Positions 17,983 to 24,459 of a stretch of DNA of 24,459 nucleotides are shown here, in pieces. The position numbers and the translations under genes were made by a program. The stretch's first letter is position 1; each line of letters opens with the position of its first letter. Source of the stretch: Nanobdellota archaeon (GTDB lineage Archaea > Nanobdellota > Nanobdellia > Pacearchaeales > GW2011-AR1); NCBI GenBank assembly GCA_038045705.1, contig JBBSXO010000008.1, positions 1 to 24,459 on the forward strand, given 5' to 3'. A model generated the notes under the pieces. It did not search any database. It worked only from the letters and a program-made list of their open reading frames with translations, and had not been told where the DNA came from.

Positions 17983-18789
17983 TTATCTTCTTCCAATAGG
18001 AAAAACAAGTTCAACGTAGGCACCTTGTCTATCAAAATCATTATCAGTCCAAGCTCCCAATTCAAGAAAACCTGAACCAACCTCAACTGCTTCATACCCA
18101 ACATTAAGTCTTTTACCATTATAATCCATTTTAGCATGCGAACCAAACACACCCTTTACAACCTCATTAGATTTTACACGAACTCCATCAGCTACATTGC
18201 GGGCAGGTTTAAAGAGATCCCAACTCCAAGCCCATTTAGTTAAAATAGATATAGTAATACCTTGTTCATGCTCTATTATTTCTGGATCATCCGTTCTTCT
18301 TTGATTATCAGTTGTAAAATAATCGGGAGTAAAATAAATCCTATTTCTATCGCGAAAAGAGTCATCTCCAGCTCGCGTAAATTTTAATTGACGATCCAAA
18401 GAAATCTTATATGAGGGAGAATAAATGGGACGAACAATAAGAGAATCATCTTGAGAAGCTATTTGAGCAACGCCTATATCAGCAGATGTATCTTCTCTAG
18501 CCAACTCTTTAGGTAATCCAAGTGATTCATTAACAAACTGGTCTGCAAAACTTGGACTCGAATCATTTATTTGAGAGTTATATTTAATGCCTAAATGATT
18601 CACCTGCAAGCTAGTTGATCCGCTACTAATATAAGATAAAGACTTATTGCCCATAGGAGGGTTTGAAGAAAGATCACGCGTAGGCGAGTCTAATTGTAAG
18701 GGATAATAAGAGAAATCACTCTTTGGAGAGCCAGCACAGCTAGTAAAGCCCAATAATGCGACTAAAGAAAGTTGTTTTTTTATTGACAT
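17983..18789 (-). CDS. Putative lipoprotein, function unknown
   Basis: MSIKKQLSLVALLGFTSC lipobox-like signal; amphipathic beta-strand-like C-terminus. Confidence 0.7.
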   Translation of the reverse strand: MSIKKQLSLVALLGFTSCAGSPKSDFSYYPLQLDSPTRDLSSNPPMGNKSLSYISSGSTSLQVNHLGIKYNSQINDSSPSFADQFVNESLGLPKELAREDTSADIGVAQIASQDDSLIVRPIYSPSYKISLDRQLKFTRAGDDSFRDRNRIYFTPDYFTTDNQRRTDDPEIIEHEQGITISILTKWAWSWDLFKPARNVADGVRVKSNEVVKGVFGSHAKMDYNGKRLNVGYEAVEVGSGFLELGAWTDNDFDRQGAYVELVFPIGRR

Positions 18790-18920
18790 AATAATCTCAG
18801 TAAAGAGTTTAGAAGTTATTTTGTGAGGTTATAGACCTTACATAAAATAAGAGAAATATCCCTTTTTAAACCTTAATACACCTTAAAATTAGTTCATAAA
18901 GTCTAAATAGTGTGAAACAA

Positions 18921-19001
18921 AAGACGCGGGAACTAGGATTACTTCAATTCAAAGAATTGGAGTTCCCACGAACATCTGTTTGTGAGGACGTTCGAATCCT
19001 A
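18921..19001 (-). repeat. Duplicated tRNA-Leu 3' end (att-like) with a 52-nt structured insert in its T-loop
   Basis: 18921-18940 matches 19128-19147 at 19/20; GGATT^CGAA is interrupted by 18941-18992. Confidence 0.8.
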
Positions 19002-19006
19002 TTAAA

Positions 19007-19127
19007 ATCAAAAAATCGATGCACCACCACACACTTTAGTGTGTGGTTTGAATTGGTGCTCGATTTTTGGATGCTCACGATGTCACCACATGCTAAAGCA
19101 TGTGGTTTTCAGGAGACATCGAGACAT
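19007..19127. repeat. Composite nested-hairpin repeat, copy A (two modules)
   Basis: Inner hairpins ACCACACAC-TTTA-GTGTGTGGT and ACCACATGC-TAAA-GCATGTGGT, each inside an outer inverted repeat. Confidence 0.9.
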
Positions 19128-19131
19128 AAGA

Positions 19132-19215
19132 TGCGGGAACTAGGATTCGAACCTAGGAAAGCACTAAGCTAACACGGCCTTAACGTGTCCCATTTGACCA
19201 CTCTGGCATCCCCGC
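19132..19215 (-). tRNA. tRNA-Leu(AAG)
   Basis: Acceptor GCGGGGA/TTCCCGC, A73; D-stem CCA/TGG; anticodon arm ACACG-TT AAG GC-CGTGT; variable arm AGC-TTAGT-GCT; canonical T-arm; no CCA. Confidence 0.93.
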
Positions 19216-19238
19216 ACATTATGGTCAAATAAATTAGG

Positions 19239-19246
19239 TTTAAAAA
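19239..19246. promoter_or_regulatory. Palindromic TATA box between divergent tRNA-Leu and the 19268 ORF
   Basis: TTTAAAAA centred in a 52-bp gap, 22-24 nt from both starts. Confidence 0.65.
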
Positions 19247-19267
19247 CCCTTATCTTCTGTTGTCGAG

Positions 19268-19807
19268 ATGAAAAGTTTAGTAGATAAAATTTTTGAAAAA
19301 GTGAATAGAATCCCTACATTTAGAGAAGATCCAGAGATGTATAGAAAGTTGCTAGAAATATCTGCAGGTTATGTAATGGAAACGATTAAAAAAGAAGGAG
19401 GATTCTTTCCAGCATTTGAAGAAGCATTAGTTCAAAGAGAAGAAAAAACCAGATATCCCTTGCAACATCCAAGATTTACTCAAAAAGTTTTTATTGGAAA
19501 AAATGAATTAATAAAGAGAAGAGGAGCATTAAGGATTGATGAAATTCTTACAGGAAAAGCAATTACAAATTATCCTGGTTACAAAGGAAATGGCTCAATA
19601 GTTATTCCATCTTCTCAAGAAAAAGGTTATGTCTTATACAATTCTGATCGCAAAAGATTAGGAGCGTTTCTACAAAAATTGTTTGATGAACAACAAATTA
19701 GTGGAAGGGTTCATTTAAGTCTTAAAGAAAAATATAGTGGTGTTCTGTCTCCTACAAAAAACACCTCCTTTAGTAACCCAATTGTTTTTGATGTGCTTGA
19801 GTTCTAA
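19268..19807 (+). CDS. Hypothetical protein
   Basis: 179-aa ORF with ATG start; no recognised motif. Confidence 0.75.
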   Translation: MKSLVDKIFEKVNRIPTFREDPEMYRKLLEISAGYVMETIKKEGGFFPAFEEALVQREEKTRYPLQHPRFTQKVFIGKNELIKRRGALRIDEILTGKAITNYPGYKGNGSIVIPSSQEKGYVLYNSDRKRLGAFLQKLFDEQQISGRVHLSLKEKYSGVLSPTKNTSFSNPIVFDVLEF

Positions 19808-19854
19808 TCTTAAACAGCAAACACTTTTATAACCCAATCACTCCAAAAAAGCTT

Positions 19855-21894
19855 ATGTCAAAAAGTGGTGATCAACACAGACTCCAAAGTCTGCAAACAA
19901 ATGTTGTAAAAACATGGAAACCTAAGGAAACAGTAATCTTGCCAGACGACTTTCTTCTGGAACAAAAAGGTAATCTAAAAGATTCAAGTAGCCTAAGTTT
20001 CCTAAAAGAAACAAAAGAAGAAAACAGATCTGATATTTTTTCAATTAATTGGGACTTAAATGATGAAAAAGGTAAAATCCCACCATTAAAGTTTTCAAAC
20101 AACAAGACACAAGAGGATGTAGTGAATGAAATCTTAAATCTAATAAAAGAAGGAAGCAGAATAATATTTCTACATGGAGCTTGTGGTACTGGAAAATCTG
20201 CAATAGCCCTAAATGTGGCAAGAAAATTAGGAAAATCTTCTATAATTGTTCCAGTTAAAGCATTACAAAGACAGTATGAAGATGACTACACTGAAAAAAA
20301 GTTCTTTTATAAATCAAATGGTCAAAAAATGAAAATAGCAGTTATGACTGGAAGAGAAAACCATGATTCAATAATAAATCAAGGTGTATCTTGTGCAGAC
20401 CCAGAATTACCAGAAAACATAAAAATCTCTGAAAAAAACTACTTAAAAATTGCAGATCATTTTAGAAACAATCCTTTTGTATCTGGGCAAGATGTCCCTG
20501 ACTATAAACACATTAGAAGACTTTCAATAGCCCCAGCAAACCCTTATTGGAGCCCAATAGTCCCTTCCAGTTATGATTTAAACCAGTTAAAAGATGCAAA
20601 AAAAATAAAATACGAAGGATGTGATGGTAGGGAGTATACATTTTATCATAGAAAATCTGGTTGCTCTTACTATGATCAATATCTAGCCTATAAAAACGCA
20701 GATGTAATTGTATTTAACGGTGCAAAATACAAAGCAGAACTATCAATAGGAAGAAAACCAGCAACAGAGATAGAAATAATTGATGAGTCAGATGAATTTC
20801 TAGATAGTCTATTTCAGCAGGAAGACATAAATCTAACAAGGTTAGCAAATAGTTTAACATCAATAGTTCCTGAATCTCCAGAATCAAGAGAAACAATAAA
20901 AGAGATATTAACAATAATAAATTTGGAAGAACAAAACAAAAGGGCATTAGGAGTAGATGAAAACGAAGTCTACAATCTAGATAATACAAAAATAAGAAAA
21001 ATATTTAAATTACTGATAAAAAACAAAGAACTAGAATCTGAAATTCTAATAGATGATCAAAACTACTCAAACAAGGCTCTTGAATTAGCAAGAAGTTTAG
21101 AAGAAATGACTGAAGAAGTCTATTTGACTTATAGGAAAGAAGAAGAAAGCCTTTATGTTAAATTAGTAAGCACTAATCTCTCACAAAAGATAGCAGAACT
21201 TTTGGATAAAAGTAAAGTTCTGTTATTCATGTCTGGGACACTACATTCCCAAAATGTAATAAAAAACATATTTGGTATGTCAAACTTCAAAATAGTAGAA
21301 GCAGAAACGCTACAGCAAGGAGCAATAGAAATAATGATGACGGGTAAGGAAAAAGACTGTAAATATTCGAATTTCTCTGAGGGACAACATTCAAGAAAGG
21401 AATACTTAGAAGCATTAAATCTCTCAGTAGAAAAAGCAAAAAGACCCACATTAATTCATGTAAATGCTTTTCAAGACCTACCAACAGATGAAGAAAAAGT
21501 AAAATTCAAACTTTCACAATTGACTAGCCAGGAATCACTAATAGAACAACAAAGAGAAGATAAAACTGGAAGAGCAATAGCAATCTTTAAGCAAGGTTTA
21601 AATGATAAACTATTTACAACAAAATGTTCAAGAGGAATAGACTTCCCTGGAAACATGTGCAACTCAGTTGTTTTTACAAAATATCCAAACCCCAATATTT
21701 CAGACACATTTTGGAAGATACTGCAAAAAACACACCCAGACCATTTCTGGGAGTTTTACAGGGACAAAGCATACCGTGAGTTCTTACAAAGAATTTACAG
21801 GGCGGTAAGATCAAAAGATGACCATGTTTACATCCTCTCACCAGATATAAGAGTTTTGCAATCAGTCAGAAAGTTACAAAATGAAAAGATATAA
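19855..21894 (+). CDS. SF2 helicase, DinG/XPD(Rad3)-like
   Basis: Walker A GACGTGKS, Walker B IIDESD, MSGTL, SRGIDFPG, FLQRIYRAVRS.DD. Confidence 0.88.
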   Translation: MSKSGDQHRLQSLQTNVVKTWKPKETVILPDDFLLEQKGNLKDSSSLSFLKETKEENRSDIFSINWDLNDEKGKIPPLKFSNNKTQEDVVNEILNLIKEGSRIIFLHGACGTGKSAIALNVARKLGKSSIIVPVKALQRQYEDDYTEKKFFYKSNGQKMKIAVMTGRENHDSIINQGVSCADPELPENIKISEKNYLKIADHFRNNPFVSGQDVPDYKHIRRLSIAPANPYWSPIVPSSYDLNQLKDAKKIKYEGCDGREYTFYHRKSGCSYYDQYLAYKNADVIVFNGAKYKAELSIGRKPATEIEIIDESDEFLDSLFQQEDINLTRLANSLTSIVPESPESRETIKEILTIINLEEQNKRALGVDENEVYNLDNTKIRKIFKLLIKNKELESEILIDDQNYSNKALELARSLEEMTEEVYLTYRKEEESLYVKLVSTNLSQKIAELLDKSKVLLFMSGTLHSQNVIKNIFGMSNFKIVEAETLQQGAIEIMMTGKEKDCKYSNFSEGQHSRKEYLEALNLSVEKAKRPTLIHVNAFQDLPTDEEKVKFKLSQLTSQESLIEQQREDKTGRAIAIFKQGLNDKLFTTKCSRGIDFPGNMCNSVVFTKYPNPNISDTFWKILQKTHPDHFWEFYRDKAYREFLQRIYRAVRSKDDHVYILSPDIRVLQSVRKLQNEKI

Positions 21895-21900
21895 AATATT

Positions 21901-22024
21901 ATCAAAAAATCGATGCACCACCACACACTAAAGTGTTTGGTTTGAATTGGTGCTCGATTTTTGGATGATCGAAGTGTTGAACACACCCTAAAGGGTGTAG
22001 TTTGTGTGAAACACTATCGACATC
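21901..22024. repeat. Composite nested-hairpin repeat, copy B (two modules)
   Basis: 21901-21967 matches 19007-19073 at 64/67; the second module has the same fold with a different sequence; lies between convergent genes. Confidence 0.9.
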
Positions 22025-22044
22025 ACAAAACTATAGATTTATCA

Positions 22045-23406
22045 TCAAACATGTCTCAAACTAGGCCCTCCCTCGGTTAAATCTTCAATAATGAATCCCT
22101 TTTCTAGTATTTTATCACGCAATTTATCTGCTTCAGCAAACATTTTTTTCTTTCTTGCTTCTTGTCTTGCTACAAGTAAATCAAGAACATCTTTTGGAAT
22201 AATTGTCTTTTTTTCTTTCATATCTTTAATACCTAATCCCAAAACCCTATCAAAATCTTCAAGTGTTTCAAGTCTTGTCTTTGTATTCATGTCTGATTCT
22301 TCCATGACATCCCAAAATACTTCAAGAGCACGAGGCATGTTCAAATCGTCATTTATTGCTTCTAAAAACTGATTTTTATGATGCTCAACATCAGTATTTC
22401 CAGGATTCTTTTCCTTTCTTAATCTAATAATTTTGCGTTTAATCTTCTCATAAGCATTCTTTGAAGCTTGTAGAGACTCAAGTGAAAATTCAAGTGGTTT
22501 GCGATAATGAGTCTGTAAACATAAGTATCTATAGTTTACGGGAGAGAATCCTTCTTCCTGTAAGTCTGAAATAGTGTAAATATTTCCTAAGGACTTTGAC
22601 ATTTTTCCCTCACGAAGATTCAACAATCCACCATGAACCCAATAATTAACAAATTTCTTTCCAGTAGATGCTTCGGACTGAGCAATTTCATTTGTATGAT
22701 GTGGAAAAATTAAATCCATACCTCCAGTATGAATATCAAATTGTTCTCCTAGCTCAGACATACTCATAGCAGAACATTCAATATGCCACCCAGGTCTTCC
22801 ATTTCCAATTGCAGTATCCCAGAAAACTTCCCCATCATCATTTGAGTAAAACTTCCATAATGCAAAATCATGTGCATTGTCCTTGTCATACTCATCTTTC
22901 TTTATTCTTTCTTTAGTATTAGTTATTTTGTGCAATCCAGCAATCTCACCATAATTTTTAAACTTAGAAATTGAAAAATAAATTCCATCATTCGTAGTAT
23001 AAGCATATCCTTTCTTAATCAATTTCTGGATTATATTAACCATTTGACCAATATTTTCTGTAGCTTTCAAAATCTTTGTAGGCTTAAGAATGTTCAAACT
23101 TTCCAAATCTTTTAGATATATTTCTTCATATTTAGAAGTCAATTTCTTAAGTGAAAGTTTCTCTTTCTGAATTGCTTTTATTATCTTATCATCCACATCT
23201 GTAAAATTAGTTATGTGTTTTACTTTATATCCATTATAATCTAAAATTCTTTTAAGAAAATCAACAAGTAATGCACTCCTAAAATTACCAATATGTTGAT
23301 AAGAATAAACTGTAGGTCCACAAGAATACATTCCAACCTGCCCTTTCTTAATAGGAATGAATTCTTCTTTCTTGTGAGTAAGAGTATTATACAGTTTAAT
23401 TTCCAT
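22045..23406 (-). CDS. cysS: Cysteine--tRNA ligase
   Basis: CGPTVY, HIGN, GRPGWHIECSAM, DLIFPHH.NE, KMSKS. Confidence 0.98.
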   Translation of the reverse strand: MEIKLYNTLTHKKEEFIPIKKGQVGMYSCGPTVYSYQHIGNFRSALLVDFLKRILDYNGYKVKHITNFTDVDDKIIKAIQKEKLSLKKLTSKYEEIYLKDLESLNILKPTKILKATENIGQMVNIIQKLIKKGYAYTTNDGIYFSISKFKNYGEIAGLHKITNTKERIKKDEYDKDNAHDFALWKFYSNDDGEVFWDTAIGNGRPGWHIECSAMSMSELGEQFDIHTGGMDLIFPHHTNEIAQSEASTGKKFVNYWVHGGLLNLREGKMSKSLGNIYTISDLQEEGFSPVNYRYLCLQTHYRKPLEFSLESLQASKNAYEKIKRKIIRLRKEKNPGNTDVEHHKNQFLEAINDDLNMPRALEVFWDVMEESDMNTKTRLETLEDFDRVLGLGIKDMKEKKTIIPKDVLDLLVARQEARKKKMFAEADKLRDKILEKGFIIEDLTEGGPSLRHV

Positions 23407-23548
23407 GTAACCTCTTAATCCTTTCGCTCCATTCTTTAGTATTCTTTTTTCTTAAAGCTTTGATATGGGCTTTTATTTTTTCTATTCTTTCATTACTTAT
23501 ATTCTTCCAAGCTCCTGCAAATTCCATAATATCTTTATTTTGCCTCAT
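23396..23548 (-). CDS. 50-aa microprotein resembling the C-terminal half of archaeal VapB-type antitoxins (not in the ORF track)
   Basis: MRQNKDIMEFAGAWKNISNERIEKIKAHIKALRKKNTKEWSERIKRLHGN; fills the dus-cysS gap and overlaps the cysS start by 11 nt. Confidence 0.65.
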   Translation of the reverse strand: MRQNKDIMEFAGAWKNISNERIEKIKAHIKALRKKNTKEWSERIKRLHGN

Positions 23549-23572
23549 ATTATTTTATAAGTAAAAGCATAA

Positions 23573-24459
23573 TTAAATCTTTCTAACAAATTTCTCAATT
23601 TCTTCTAAATTTTTAATCTTCATTAGATCTTGTCGCGCCTTAGAAGCACCATCAAAACCTTTCAAGAAATTAGAGCCCACATACTTAACCCTGGACATCT
23701 CAAAAACATTATACTTTTCTGCAATCTTAATATAATCCATAAAACCATTAATTCTTTCAAACTTAGTAATCTCTTTTTCCTTTCCAGTCTTAAGATATCT
23801 TAAAATCTCACGAAAAACAAATGGGTTTCCAATAGCAGCAGAGGCAACCATTGCACCATCACAAATTTCAAGCATCTTAGATGCAGTTTCACCATTTATG
23901 ATGCCACCATTACCCACAATAGGTATTCCAATATCTTTCTTAACTTTAGAAATCCAACTCCAATCAGCAGGTTCGCTAGGACGCTGATCAGCTGTTCTTG
24001 CATGAATTGTAAGTAAGTCAGCTCCAGCCTTCTCAACTATTTTAGAAACTTCAAGAACATTGTTATTCTTAAAACCCAGTCTGATCTTAGCTGTAACAAT
24101 GTATCCTGCATCCTTTAGAACTTTAATTATATCCCCTATCTTAGCAGGAGTTTTTAGCAAATAGCTTCCAGCTTCGTTTCCAGTGATCTTAACAGAGGGA
24201 CACCCACAATTAATATCCATTAAATCATAATCATCAAGCATCTTCAGTTTAGAGAATTTGGTAAATTCAACCAAATTATTTCCAGTAACTTGTAATCCAA
24301 GAGGCCTATCTTCCCTCCCTCCAAATTTAAGAAGTTTTTTAGTTCGATCATTTTCATGCAAAATTGCGTCAATATAAATCATCTCAGTATAGGCCATTGC
24401 AGCACCTTCCTTCCTGCATAAAGTCCTAAAAGCAATATCAGTAACATCTACCATGGGCG
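23573..24459 (-). CDS. dus: tRNA-dihydrouridine synthase (5' end outside the window)
   Basis: xPM.DVTD, YTEM, DINCGCP, TAKIRLG, TIHART, VGNGGI, IGNPF. Confidence 0.95.
   Translation of the reverse strand, partial: PMVDVTDIAFRTLCRKEGAAMAYTEMIYIDAILHENDRTKKLLKFGGREDRPLGLQVTGNNLVEFTKFSKLKMLDDYDLMDINCGCPSVKITGNEAGSYLLKTPAKIGDIIKVLKDAGYIVTAKIRLGFKNNNVLEVSKIVEKAGADLLTIHARTADQRPSEPADWSWISKVKKDIGIPIVGNGGIINGETASKMLEICDGAMVASAAIGNPFVFREILRYLKTGKEKEITKFERINGFMDYIKIAEKYNVFEMSRVKYVGSNFLKGFDGASKARQDLMKIKNLEEIEKFVRKI

Noticed and set aside
18823-18841. Small hairpin GTGAGGT-TATAG-ACCTTAC
   Set aside because: Seven bp with a wobble, single copy; too weak to call
8073-19157. 18-bp identity between tRNA-Ser (8073-8090) and tRNA-Leu (19140-19157) as att sites of an 11-kb island
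   Set aside because: It is the conserved T-arm of two complete tRNAs; the intervening DNA holds ordinary genes and no integrase
18912-19172. 86-aa ORF (MKQKTRELG...)
   Set aside because: It runs through palindromic repeats and antisense into tRNA-Leu; best explained as a by-product of the repeat sequence
19177-19184. Reading the tRNA-Leu anticodon as TAA
   Set aside because: It requires shifting the loop by one base, which destroys the 5-bp anticodon stem
19007-22024. CRISPR array
   Set aside because: No regularly spaced repeat-spacer series and no cas genes in the window
19872-22372. Several antisense ORFs within the helicase and cysS
   Set aside because: They are shadows of strongly supported genes and carry no motifs

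Overview
AT-rich, gene-dense archaeal chromosome segment, most consistent with a DPANN lineage (Pacearchaeota/Woesearchaeota-like). The assignment rests on a BHB-intron tRNA-Tyr with C1-G72, tRNAs without encoded CCA, TATA boxes about 25 nt before apparently leaderless starts, and MNT-HEPN and DUF2283 modules. Housekeeping genes (serS, DEAD-box helicase, tatD, DinG/XPD-like helicase, cysS, dus) are interleaved with redox and stress genes (cytochrome b5, two DoxX, DsbA plus a CxxC membrane protein, msrB, nitroreductase), toxin-antitoxin pieces and orphan ORFs. Three tRNA genes are present: Ser-CGA, Tyr-GTA with an 85-nt intron, and Leu with an unusual AAG (A34) anticodon. The most unusual features are: (1) the A34 tRNA-Leu; (2) a roughly 200-bp non-coding element at its 3' end, bounded by a duplicated tRNA 3' end whose T-loop is interrupted by a structured insert; (3) nested-hairpin repeat modules in that element that recur, with covariation, between the helicase and cysS; (4) a free-standing double-motif LAGLIDADG gene abutting the intron-containing tRNA-Tyr and flanked by a 12-bp direct repeat; (5) a TopIB-fold enzyme with a recombinase-like HxxR motif and a mini-linker. 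All calls come from reading motifs by eye; no database searches were run.
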